DNA of 64,000 nucleotides from Entomortierella parvispora E1425 (Eukaryota; Fungi; Mortierellomycota): NCBI GenBank assembly GCA_020891255.1, contig BQFW01000007.1, positions 2,170,001 to 2,234,000 of the forward strand, read 5' to 3'. Shown piece by piece: positions 52,154 to 64,000 of this stretch (position 1 is its first letter; each line of letters starts with the position of its first letter). The notes under the pieces were generated by a model. It saw only the letters and a program-made list of their open reading frames with translations, ran no database searches and was not told where the DNA came from. The position numbers and the translations under genes were made by a program.

Positions 52154-55146
52154 CTAGAACTTCAGCTTCCGCCATTTGCTGGACCTGAGTGAAGAAAACA
52201 AGAAACAGAGCCAGTCTTTAGTCTCAGGAACCATCGAGGCGCTCCACATTTTGTAGTCGGAAATGGGCACTCTCAACAAAAAAACTAAAAAAAAAAAAAA
52301 ACCACAATACTTACTTTCCTTCGCCCTTGGTCGTCTCAAAACTACGCACACTGGCTGCGTCGTTGAACTGAGGCGTAGTTGGTCCACGGATGCGCTCCAT
52401 CAATTCTAATCGCTTACGCTCTCCTTCCTTGCCCTGCCAACTCTTCAGCAGAGATTTCATCACCTTCTTGTCTGGACTGCGCGCTCGTTGCAGGGCATTC
52501 AAGATACTCTGGGGCTCAGATGACGACAAGTCATTTTCCAACAAATACTTGGCCGATTCCAACTTGTTGAACAGCGCTGCTACCTCGAGCGTGTTCATTC
52601 CTTCCTTGTTGGGAATCATGGCCTCAGCTCCATTGTCCAGCAACAACTTGATCAGAGCCGGGTCATCGTGCTTCATCAACACATTCTGGAGGACAGTGTT
52701 CCCGTTCTCGTTCGTCAAGTTGACATTTGCTCCATAAGAGATCAACAGGTTCATGACTCCATAGGGCTGAACACCTTGCCAGGCTGTACGATGAAGCAAG
52801 GTCGAGCGAGAGTTGTTGCGTTGGTCGGGTGAAACACCATTGTTGAGATGCATCTGCACTGTCGCAAGGTCACCAAGCTCAGCTGCCTCCCAAATATCAG
52901 GAATCGCCTCTCCATATTCGTTGGTTCCTGCGGCGCCCGCAGTCGACATGACAGCCGCCTGGTATAAATCTGAAGGTGGGATAAGGAAGGCGGTGGATTG
53001 GAATGCCCCTGGCAAGATGAAGGGCGACTGTGGGATTTGCTGGTGAAGCAAAGGGGTGGCGATGGTCGTGCTGAGATCGGTCACAGTCTCGGAAGCGGAT
53101 GGTTGGTATGTCTTTTCAGAATTAGGGATTTCGACCTTGACAACTTCACTTCCTGTCATGAGTGTCGAAGCCCGAGAGGTGGTATCCAGAGGAGAGGCCA
53201 CTCCGTTGGACCCAGAAGGGCCCATGTATGACTCCATGAAGCTGAGCCCATCCATTGCAGTGCCATTGTCTGCTTGGACCTGGGCGTGAACCGTTTTCAT
53301 CATGTTTTCGTCCATGATTTCGTTTGGTCTTGTTGAACTATCAACAGGCATTCCAGTCACATTGTGGATCATGTTCACTCGAGTCTGCGAGGCTGATACC
53401 ACTGGTGGGTTGGAGGTGGTCCTTGGAGGAGGAGCATAGACTGTCGACGCTACATAGCCACCAGGAGCGCTGTGGTTCGTGCTGGATGGGGGTGGAGAGA
53501 TGGGTCCACCAGCTGGAAGCCCACCAAGTCCAGTATAGTTGTGCACCACATTGACTGCAAGCGGGGTAGGGAAGCCAGTGGGCGGAGCTGTGTATCCCTG
53601 GGTAGATCCATTGCTGAAGCTAGGAGGAGGCGCATATCCTGACACTGGCGGAGTGAATGTGGGCTGAGAGACGGAGCCGTTGGAGGAGGGAGGTGGGGGA
53701 GGAGTAAAGCCAGTTTTGGTGACGGGACTGTACTGACTTTCAAAAGGGGAAGTGGGGCTCGGAGGGTTGTACGGCTGCTGCTGCTGCTGCTGAAGCGATT
53801 GCTGCTGCTGCTGAGGATAGACAGACTGTCGGGCGAGCGTCCTGTTTCCGGCCAAAGGGTGGTCCGTGAACCGTGCATCCCCGGGTGAGGAGGGTGATTG
53901 GACTGGAGGTGTCACAGCCGTTGCGGCGCCGTTGGGTGCGCCGTTGGTTGCACCGTTGCCCGCGCCTGTGTTTTGTTTTTCACTCCAGACATTCTCCACA
54001 CCGGTTCTGAACGCATTGCCTGAACTACCGAACGCTTTCCTATTTAAAGACAAAACAATCGTTAGAGCTCCTTGTGGAAAAAAAGGTGGGCCTAATAAGA
54101 GGAACAAGAGGCAGAATATGCTGCTAACGTACTTCCACGAAATGACCTTGGTAGCCGCTTCCTCCTGCAGATGGCGCACGCCTTGGTAAAGACAGAGGTC
54201 GACCAGAACTTTGAGTTCGCTGCTGAGCAACCTGCCGCTCTTGTCCTGTCGTGTGCTGACCACAAATGGCGGCGCGCCCCACTTGTGTGTCTCGGTCATC
54301 CTCTCAATTGTGTCCATATCGGATCCAAACGTGTGAATCTTGATGCCGTTCATCTTTAGCTGGCGCAACATTCTCTTTTTCAAGACCCAGAGCTCGTTGG
54401 AGGAAAGAGTGTCGGCCTTGGTGATGATGGGGACGAGACTGACGCGTTCGTGGATCATCTTCATGTAGAGAATATCAATGGGCTTGAGCTCGTACAGCAC
54501 AAAGTAGAAAGCACAGGTTGGCAGCGTATGGGCACGCGAGCCAGCAATAAGGAACCAGGCCAGCTGGGCTGAGGGAATAGCAGGAGAAAAGATGGAGGTG
54601 ACCGTGTGTAGGTGATGGTTCAGGTAGTCGTCGGTCATGGTGAGGGTCGTGGAGGGATTGATGGTGGATGAATAGCCGGGCATGGTGATGAACGCCAGGT
54701 CTCTGGCGGGGATGCTGACCTTTGGAGGCAACAGGTCCATGGGGTCATCAAAGGGCGAGGTCTTTTGACCTTGGGACAGGACAGGGCCAGCATGGACATT
54801 GACGGTAGGGAGTTGAATGGAGGGGATGTTGGCGGATGATGCAGAGGAGACAGGGCTGGGGATGACTTCCTCAGTTGGTTCATTAGACTGGACATTGGAG
54901 AGGGTGTTGACAAAGGTGTGGATGAAGGAAGACTTGCCGACGCCCACATCGCCGAGGAGCAAGAAACGGAGCGATGCAGCAGAGGTAGCAGTCCGCTCCG
55001 GGTCCAAGGCAGCGTCTGTCAGGAAGTGGAAGGGAGAGAGAAAGGATGAAGATTAGTGAGGAGGAAGGACGGATGACTGACCTTCGTCGGGGTTGTCTCA
55101 TTAGTTATGCACACATACCTCTCTGGTTGGACGAAGAAGTGGTCAT
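52154..55146 (-). CDS. Septin-like GTPase domain + Pro/Gln-rich linker + ankyrin repeats, 4 exons
   Basis: Exon 1 MTTSSSNQR(D). G1 LLGDVGVGKSSFI, G3-equivalent TMPGY, CAFYFV..LKPIDILYMK.IHERVSLVPIITKADTL (septin signature), PPFVVS. C-terminal ankyrin repeats (IWEAAELGDL, TLLHRTA, GANVNLTNENGNTVL, GMNTLEVAA). Last exon SSKWRKLKF*. Confidence 0.85.
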
Positions 55147-55589
55147 GGCAAAAGGGGGTGCTCTGGATGAGTGGAAAGGGAAGAGAGGAGGGTGGAGAGA
55201 GAAGGAGGGTCTGAAGGATAAAGAAGAAGAGGAGGAAGAGGAGCAAGAGGAGGAAGACGAAGAGGAGGAAGACGAAGAGGAGAAAGACGGCGACAAGGAC
55301 AAAGAAAGAAAAGAAAGAAAGAGGAGAAAGAAGGACATTCAATCTGTTTGCACTCAGGGCGGAGAGAGAGAGAGAGATGGTGGCGTGGCGGTGCACTGTG
55401 CCTGTGTGCAGTGTGCAGTGTGCCTGGGGTTGGTGTGCAGTGTGCTCTCATCCTCTCACACTCGCTTGTGTGTGTGTGTGCTGCACACTCCACTCACTTT
55501 GCATTTGCAAAGGTCACTCACTCACTCACTCACTCACTGCACTCTCTCACCTTCGAGATCTTCCTTTCAGTGCAAGCCAGAGAAGGGTG

Positions 55590-55621
<32 letters not shown>

Positions 55622-55650
55622 TCACACACATTCACACACATTCACACACA
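55590..55650. repeat. (CA)n / CACACATT repeats in the divergent intergenic region
   Basis: Visible runs; (CACT)n also at about 55515-55540. Confidence 0.9.
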
Positions 55651-55834
55651 ACACGCTGGCTGGCTGCGACACGTCAGGGACGGAAGGTCTTTTTTTTTTT
55701 TTTTTTTTTGGATCCCGCTCTTCCTCTTTTGACTTTTTCTTCTTTCCCTTTGTTCTTCTTCACCTTTCTTCACCCTCTACTTTTTCCTTCCTTCCCCTCC
55801 TTTCTCCACTCTCTCCACTCTCATTCTCTCCATC

Positions 55835-57181
55835 ATGCTCATCAAAGAGTACCGCATCACCAACAACTGCACCAATGCTGAGTACCAGGTACTGGAATTC
55901 AACCCAGCCTCCTCCCTACAGTACACCACCCTCTTTCTGTCTACTCTCGCCCCTTTCCCCGTCTTTGCTTCCGAGATGAACAAACCACCCCTGTCTAAAA
56001 CCCATCAACCTATTATTGCTCTTTTTTTATTTCTTGCTAGGTTGCTCAACTGTACAATGTCGCCGAGATGTCAAAGGCCGAGAGCGGTGGCGGCGAGGGT
56101 GTCGAGGTCCTGACCAATGAGCCTTATGAGGATGAGCACCGAAAGGGCCAATACACTCACAAGGTAATCAGCAACCGCACAGCATTCAAAGGGTTAACCT
56201 GTGCAGAACAGGTTGTGCACGTCTTGTCCCTCCATACCATCCCACCAGCTTTTTGTTTACAAGAACACAAGTGCTTTTGTTTTCTCTCTCTTTTTTTTTT
56301 TTTTTTGCTATGGTCAGCAAGAGTCTCACGCCATTCTTGTTTTTTACTTTTAGATTTATCATTTGGAGTCCAGGATCCCAAGTTGGATCAGAAGCTTGAT
56401 GCCAGCAGGCGCCACCAAATGCCAGGAGAAAGCATGGAACGCATTTCCTTGTAAGCAAAAGTGAATCTCGACATTTCCATGCCCCCACCCTGCCCCTGAT
56501 GGGACTTGAGTGCCCCTTTTGCAGTGGTTTTTCACTTTTTGCTGGACTGAGAACCCGTGCTCGAATCACGCTGTTTTTTTGGTCATCATTTGTGCCACCA
56601 AATTGTTATTGAAAGGATAAACTGACTTTGCGATCCTTCTTGATACACCTGTAGGGTGCAAGACTGTCATTACGAACGATTACATGCAGGAGTCCTTTTC
56701 TGTCACGGTCGAGTCTTTCCACGTTGATGGAGATCGCGGTCAATTGCAGAACGCCCTCAACTTGTCTCCCGAAAAACTCAAGCAGCGTGAGGTCGTCACC
56801 ATCGATGTTGCCAAGGATGCACAGTCTTACTACCTTCAGACCTTCAACGCAGCCAAGGAAGATGTGACAAGGTCCTTCTCACAGAAAGCTCTCCGCGGAC
56901 CTCTCCAGGGCGACTGGGCCAAGACCTGTGACCCCGTCATGACATGCTACAAGCTCGTGTCGATCGAGTTCAAGTGGTACGGACTTCAGACAAAAATGGA
57001 GTCGTATATGCATTCTATTGAGCGCGACCTCTTTACAAAGTTCCACCGAGAGCTGTTCTGTTCTATGGATCAGTGGCACGGACTCACCATGGAGTCGATC
57101 CGAGAGATGGAGAAGCGTACAAAGGAAGAGTTGGACGACAAGTTTGCCTCCCATGCCGCTACCACGACAGTAGCAAAGTAA
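55835..57181 (+). CDS. START-like (animal-type, class I) phosphatidylinositol transfer protein, 4 exons
   Basis: MLIKEYRI...EYQV|[23 protein letters not shown]|[20 protein letters not shown]|[43 protein letters not shown]. Confidence 0.95.
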
Positions 57182-58202
57182 TTCATTTATAACGGGCTCG
57201 ACACGACCTTCATCATCCAACATACAAAACTGGTTGTCCTAATACACTACGAAAACAGCCCGAGAAGTGCAGCCCTAACCGTGTGACAAAAATGCAAGAG
57301 ACGTGTCCATGATGTCGGCATTTTTCACGTACACGAATCTTTGTCGTTGGCTGGGTCCAAAAAAAGAAAGCGATTCAAGGACTGCACGCCAAAAAGAACG
57401 CGGACCAAGAGAAACGACAGGGATTGACAGGGAAACAGAGAGAGAGAGTGAGAGAGGGAGAAAGGGATGGCAGGCATATTGGAACGAGAGGGGAAGAAGG
57501 AGAGAAGAGCCAGCAAGGACCACCAGAAGAGCAAGGGCCGCCAGGGCCTTGTTCCGTTGCGACTTGCAAGGGCACCCATGCACGCATGTATGCATTTCAC
57601 TGTGAACATTGAAGAGACGTTTGCTGCCCTTGGCACGGCACAAACACGCACACACACTCACAGACTCACAGACACACACAGACACACACAGACACACAGA
57701 CACACCCCTGCCTCTATTTTCTTCCTTTCTTTCCTCATCATCCATCCATCCCCCTTGCTCCTCCGCCTCTTTTTTTCATTCCTGTCTCTTTGTCCCTTTG
57801 TCTCTTGCTGTTCTCTCTCCGCACTCTTTGCACCTCCATTCCACACTCGCTCACCTTTGCACATCTTTGCCTTTGGTCATTGCCCATTTGCACCAAGCAT
57901 CCAATCCTTCCCTCACCTACCCACTCTTCTCTAGCCTCCACTCTCCCTCCCTTCTCCCTCCTCCGGCTCTCATGACTGGGAAGCGGGGCCACTGAGTTAC
58001 TGCATCCGCTCGCCCTTCCCTTGCCTTCCCTTTTTCCTGTCCCTTCCCTTTTCCTTCCTTATTTTCCTTCCCTCGCTCTTTGCTCCCTTCTCCCTTCCTC
58101 GGGCAGATAGACACTATCCCATCCATCCCAGACTTGTTCTCTCTCTCTCTGTCCTCTCCTCTGCTGCTCTGTGACTTTACCCCTCCCTTCCAGCCTATTC
58201 TC

Positions 58203-61200
58203 ATGACTCCTTCAGAGAGGTTGTTGCGTCAACATCAGCAACAGCAACACCCTCGACAGCCCTCCACCTCCCATCCCTCCCATCCCTCTCATTCCTCAGA
58301 GGATCCTGTGCCAAAATACCCTTCCCATAACGAACCAGGCTACGACGACCATTGGCAACACCACCCCTCGGACCAGTCGTCTCAGGATCCCACCATGCAT
58401 CGCCCATCCCGCTTGTGCTCCTCACCAGACCGTCAGCAGGAACAGCAATCAAATCTCCAGCAACATCATCACCCCCCCTTCTTCCCACAACAAAAACAAA
58501 AACAACACCAACACCCACACCAGCGGCATGAGCACGAGCATGATTTGCCGCTTTCCGCTAATCCTTCCCAAAGGTTCGAGACCAACCGCGGAGAAGGAAT
58601 GTCAACAATTCATTCACCCAGAGGACACCATGCCGAGCCCACGCACGGTCGCCGGATCTCACCCCCTGGACCTGGACAGCATTCCTGGACAGACTACCAT
58701 GGGCGAGGACAGGACAGTCCATCACAGGCCCAGTACGCGCAACAGCAGAGCGATCACAGCTACGCGTACATGCAGACCGACCATCACGCGAGATTCGCGC
58801 CCTCGTCCATGTCCACGTACAATCACCACCTAGAACGGGACCAGGAGCTGGCGCCGCCTGGTGACAGAGTTGGGCCAGGGACGACCGACGTTCGCCTCTC
58901 GCGCCACCAGCACGGACTGACCTCAGAGTCTGCACGGCTTCCCCAAGCAGCAGCCCCTCCGTCCTCAGTGTTGTTTCAAGACCACGGCACCGCTGAGACC
59001 CGTCTGGACCGCTCCTTTGCTAGCCCCAGCCCCGCCGCCCCTGCCGCTCACTTGCGGACTGGGTCGTCTGCAAGCGATGCCATGTCCCAGCAGCACACGG
59101 CTGCCGATCGGCACTATGTTCTCACGAGCAGGTCTTCTGCCTCCATCTCCCAGCAGCGACTATCGCATGCAGTCCATCACTCAGATATGGGCAGGCACGA
59201 GCCACCCCAGCCGGCGCTTGTCATGTCAACGTCCCCAGGCTCTGAAAATACCACGCTCACCTCAAGGACCGGTAGCATTGAGGCATCCCCGACAACGATG
59301 TCCAGCCAAAGGAATCATGATCACTTTATGCTGGATCTTATGCCCGGGAGGGAAAAAACCCCAAGGACACCCCAGCGGATACCGCCACCTATCCTCACAA
59401 AATGGAGAAGCGATGACTCCAACCGAGATTGTCCGCCTCTCTCTTTTCAGAGCAATTCGAGTCAATCCTTTTCTATCAGAAGTGCCGATAGCAAAATGTC
59501 ACCCTCTACCCCTCGATCCACGTTGATGCACCCGTTAATGGGACGGCCTCTCCTGGACCATCCAATGCATGGCTACGATAAACCATATTTGCCTGCGCAC
59601 GTAGTCAGCCCCCCATTGTTCCTGACAGAGTCCCCCGTCGGATACCATGAGCCCTCTCATTCGTACACAGAAGAACACGATATGGAGCATTGCTCAGAAC
59701 AGGACGATGTGCGCGCACGAGAACACGGTGAAGGAGATGACGATGACGACGACGATGAGGACGAGGAAGAAAACATGAGGGCGACCAAACGCGTTCATCT
59801 GAATAGCCGAAGGCAGGCATCCGTCCATGGTTTTGAAGACGGAGCCATCGACCCAGATTTGAGCATTCGCTCCCCCTCCGCTAAAAGTTCAAAAGCAAGC
59901 GTGACTGACAGTCCTCAGCGAGAGGCAAAGGGTGCTAAGAAGGCATCGCCTCGAGCCAAAGTACAATCTCCCCGGCGAACCATCCGTCCCCTATCGGCGC
60001 AAATGACAACAGACGAATCGTCCGAACAGTAAGGCTCTGCAGTATACCATACCATGGTTAATCGTGATTATCTCACTTTTTTCTAACTCCCCTTTTTTTT
60101 TTGATGTGGTAGTATGGAAGATGGTGGCAACAATCAAGAAGGCTTTGGCGTTCACTCATTGCATGGCAAGGGGCTGGGTTATTACGCGCCTCTGTTGTGT
60201 GAGCGCGTACGAGCTAAAGGCACCACAACATATAACGAAGTACGTTGAGAGTTCATTTCCAACAACACGCTTCCTTCTCAATTGATGACACTCACTGAGT
60301 CTGATCCCAATTCTCTTCATTTGCATATCAAAATTAGCTTGTGCATGAATTGGCAGGAGGGCAACCTGGTGAGGTTCCTGACATCTCACCGCAAGAACAG
60401 TCTGGGCAAGGAGTATGTATCGGATGGTTCTCACAAGGACTTGTGCAAAACCACTGTGAGATTACAGAACATGCACTCATCAACCCTGTTATACTTTGTC
60501 ATATAGAACATTCGCAGAAGAGTGTACGATGCGCTCAATATTTTAGAGTCCCTGGGCATCATCTCAATGGACAAGAAAGCGATTCGATGGATTGGAATCC
60601 AGGACTCGTGTATCATCCGCGAGGCTACCAAACGTGTTGGCAACCAAGAGCTGTTCCCCATGACGGAAGGCGATCGTGCAGATGAAAGCGAAGAGCCAGA
60701 GGATGATGACATGGATATCGAGCAACTGCAGGTACGAATGACTTTTTTTTTCTTTCTTTTTTTTTTTTTTGTTGAAGTGCTACTTCTTTTGTTTCGTCTG
60801 GAAATGAGTCTAATTCTTTTCGTTTCTCTGTGAAATGCGGTCTATAGAAAGAAGTTGATGCTCTCCGACTCCAAAATCAGCTGGAAAAGGCCAAAGTGGA
60901 GGACCAAATTGCACGCGTATGAGTCAAGACCATCCATAATATGTCTACTCCTGTCGATCTCAGTCTTGTGCTCTTATATTGACTTTAGCTGCCTTCATTT
61001 TTCTTACTCATAGCATGTCCAAGTGAACAACCTTATCCGACGCAACAAGCTTGCAGAGGAGAAAGAAATGGAGCGTCTGGAGCGAAGACGGCTCCGAAAG
61101 TTGGAAAAGAAGGCAGAGAGACGAGCTCAGGATGGCCGAGAGGGTTCACATGTGCCAGACGATGAACACTCTGTGCGCTCAGAAAAGAAGTCTTCCCGAC

Positions 61201-61993
61201 ATACCCGCCACCGATCCCCGCGACTGCAGTCACATGTGGATGAGGAAGAAGATTCCGGTGCGGATGAGCCGATGAAGGTCGCCGAGGGCGAAGCATCCAT
61301 GGAAGTTGAGAGCAGTGGCGACCCGTGCATGGATGAAGAAGAGGCGCGACGACTCAGAAAGGCACAGCGCCAGGAACGTCGGGAGCGCAAGGAGCGCAAG
61401 GAGAAACGGGCTCAGAGACGGCAGGAGCGGGAAGCCGCGGCTCGTATTGAGCAAGAGCGGATCGGGTTACCCTGCATCGTGCTCCGGATGCCGGGCTACG
61501 GAGCACAAAGCTCTGATTCCGAGGGCTCTATCCAAGTGGTCCGACGCGTTCGTGAAGAGCCACGGCCACGCAAGAGGTAAGGCAACACTATCATACCCAT
61601 CTACTCTGAGCTTTATCGTTTCGCGTTTCTTACTCTCCTTTTTATCTACCTTGATATGATAGCCATGGGAGTAGGAGAACCCCTGGTGAGGTCGACGAGG
61701 AGACGGAAATGACGACGACCGTCGAAGTGAGAGTGTCTCAGCAGGACGAACTCAATGTGATCTCTGACACGGAAATCCTGGGAGAGCTGCGACTGAACAA
61801 CGTTGGAATGAATGATCTCCAGGCCATGCTTCCCAAGAAGGACATCATGGACAATGTCCGATATTCAACCGCAACGACAGAGGAGCTGGAGGCAGCCGCA
61901 GGGGCAGCTATGGCGACTTCTGAGGCTCTTGCTGCATCAGGTCCCCGAGTGACCGTCTTGTCTGGATTTGAGCGCCAAATGATGAAGAACTAA
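58203..61993 (+). CDS. DP (TFDP)-type E2F dimerisation partner with a long N-terminal extension, multi-exon
   Basis: [24 protein letters not shown]|[35 protein letters not shown] (DP signature), coiled coil ...[27 protein letters not shown]. Confidence 0.9.
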
Positions 61994-62779
61994 ATGCAGA
62001 GACCACCATCCTCTGTGCTGTCTGACCTTGCTCGCCTCCTCCCGCTTTCCTTTTACCTTCCTCACTCTTTTCACTTTCTCGTTGGCCCATGTTCGTATGT
62101 GCGGCCACTCTCCACTCCGTATTATTATTCTTATTATTTCGACTATTCGTATTTGTTTTTTTGTCATTTTTTATTTTATTATTCCTACCATGTACCATAT
62201 TTCTGTAATATACATATCAGTTTGTCTCTCTTCTATTTTGAAGTTTTGTAATTTTGGAACGGCCGCAGTGTTTGGCAAGTCTTGCTGGACTGCTTCGCCT
62301 TGCATTGTTGCTGTGGCGATGTTGATCAGCAGATGCATGGCAGTGCAGTGGCCAAAAAAAAAAAAAAAAAAAAAAGGCAACTCCTTGCTGCTTCCTTCTA
62401 CCTCCATCCTCCTTCCTATTCATTCAGTCTTTTATCCATCGTTCAAATCGCAATCTCTTCAAGAGCTTGCTGTTTTTTTTATTGACTCACACCTGTCATT
62501 GTTTTTGGCCCCTGTCCACCCTATTCGAATACTCCGAGTGCTTCAAACGCGTTTAAACAAGCGGTGGGTTTCCTCTAAGGACGACTAAACACTTGTTGAC
62601 TTCTCCCCTTTTTTGATTCTCAGTGACAGTTCATCGCACAAACGCACACGTCAAGTCCAGCTAATCATTCTTTTTCAAATTTGACAGAAAATGAACGTTG
62701 TCAAACTCATGTCCAATCCCTTGGTACTTTTCTGGGAAGTTTCCGAATGAATTTATCCACCGACCGATCAGACAGAGGA

Positions 62780-63477
62780 AATGCTTCAAAACTATGGGGT
62801 TGGCCATGGCCACGCCGAAAGGGCTAACTCGCGCCAAGGACCACTACATGACCTTCAGAGTAAGATGCTCCATATTCTGATCTCGACGTTGATTTTCAAG
62901 ACACTCGTTTTGGGGGACTTTATTGTCGCCACCAATAACTCTGCATCGGCTCAGACCCCGTCCAAGTCCCCCTACTGGCCATCGGTGTTCTCAGGCCTTA
63001 ACTTCATGGCCACAACCCCTCCTCCACCTAAGCCCCCTACTTTGTACAGTCTTGCTGGGCTGAACCCGATTCTACTTGGTGCTTCAACCAGTGACCTCCC
63101 TTTTTTTCGGTTCCTATACTGCAGCTTCTTTTGTCTGTGGACCTCTGATCATGGAGGACCTGTTGTCGAAGAGAGGCCTGAATCCCATTCGGTTCTGGTT
63201 GATTACCGTCTGTTTCCCGTTCATCTCACTCGCTCTGCCTGTTATTCATACCGAGAGCTTTGACAGCTTTCTAACGACTTTTCTTGCGATCACGGTCCTT
63301 CAACCCATCATGAAAAGAAAGCTGTCATGGACGTCGGTTTCAGAAAGCTTGTTGAGTTTTATTCTTTTTGTGTTCCCTGTTCTACGGCATCTTTATATTT
63401 GCAATGAATTTGGGAAAATCCTAGGATGTGATCAAGAGCATGCGATTGATAATAAAAGTAGAAAAGGGCTTTCTTGA
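62780..63477 (+). CDS. Putative small multi-pass membrane protein (exon structure uncertain)
   Basis: Plausible spliced chain ...KDHYMTFR|TLVLGDFIV...LLGAST|TSFVCGPL..., then hydrophobic segments FWLITVCFPFISLALPVI, FLTTFLAITVLQPIM and LLSFILFVFPVL. No family recognised. Confidence 0.4.
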
Positions 63478-63642
63478 CAGACCCATGTTAACGTTCATTG
63501 GACTGCTGTTGCTATCTGTACGTAATATGGCCATGACCGTGAACAGAGCGTCGACTCTTGGTCATCTCACTCTAGATCCATCATAAAATACCACAGCAGA
63601 GACCAACTAGGGTAAAAGGGAGATCAGCTCTTTTTTTTTTGT

Positions 63643-64000
63643 TTAGTCCGAATGCTGATTTGTTTGACCATGGCTTGCAAACTCCTCCTCGTCGTCCACA
63701 ATGCGCAATCCATCAACACTGTTCTCATTGCCCTCCTCCTCCTCTTCTTCTTCTACGGTACTCTCTTTTTCAAAAATGACTTCTTCACCACCAAGGGTGC
63801 TCGATTCACCAAACTGCAAAATCGGCTCTGGAATATCTACAGGTGCGTTCTTTACGCGTTTCATCGACGGTATTTCCCCTTTGCTCAGTTGAACAAACTT
63901 GTAGCCCACCTCGATCCTTTCCTTGCCCGTCTCCCACGATGTGACCACTAGCCTGATCTCATCGCGGTTACGAAGCTGAAGCCGACCCTCAAAAGTTTCA
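63643..64000 (-). CDS. 3' end of a gene truncated by the window edge; possibly the C-terminal strands of an FHA domain
   Basis: Open frame from the edge: ETFEGRLQLRNRDEIRLVVTSWETGKERIEVGYKFVQL, then an acidic tail. LRNRDEIRL resembles the FHA L..GD.I strand, which is a weak match. Confidence 0.55.
   Translation of the reverse strand, partial: ETFEGRLQLRNRDEIRLVVTSWETGKERIEVGYKFVQLSKGEIPSMKRVKNAPVDIPEPILQFGESSTLGGEEVIFEKESTVEEEEEEEGNENSVDGLRIVDDEEEFASHGQTNQHSD

Overview
Intron-rich eukaryotic genomic DNA from an early-diverging fungus, most likely Mucoromycota/Mortierellaceae. The taxon is inferred from gene content and gene style, not from a database search. Bases 1-11,000 are an accessory region: a tandem array of at least nine paralogs of a small secreted beta-trefoil-like (ricin-B/mycocypin/cospin-like) protein gene, of which three are intact and six or more are decayed. 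The array also holds duplicated promoter and downstream blocks and a relic copy of a SKI2 3' exon. From about 11.4 kb onward the region is conserved and gene-dense: SKI2, an ISOC-type isochorismatase, a low-complexity protein, PCK1, an unknown protein with a short conserved basic motif, VPS18, a probable FIRRM/FLIP (C1orf112) homolog, an NME6-like NDP kinase, an S1/P1 nuclease, a double-PHD MYST acetyltransferase (KAT6/MOZ-like), NOP7/pescadillo, PP4R2, a 76-aa PLDc_N microprotein missed by the ORF track, a GAT-only protein, a septin-like GTPase-ankyrin fusion, an animal-type START-like PITP, a DP (E2F partner) transcription factor, a probable membrane protein and the 3' end of a gene cut by the window edge. 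All exon boundaries were read by eye and need RNA-seq confirmation. No tRNA, rRNA, CRISPR array or autonomous transposon was recognised.
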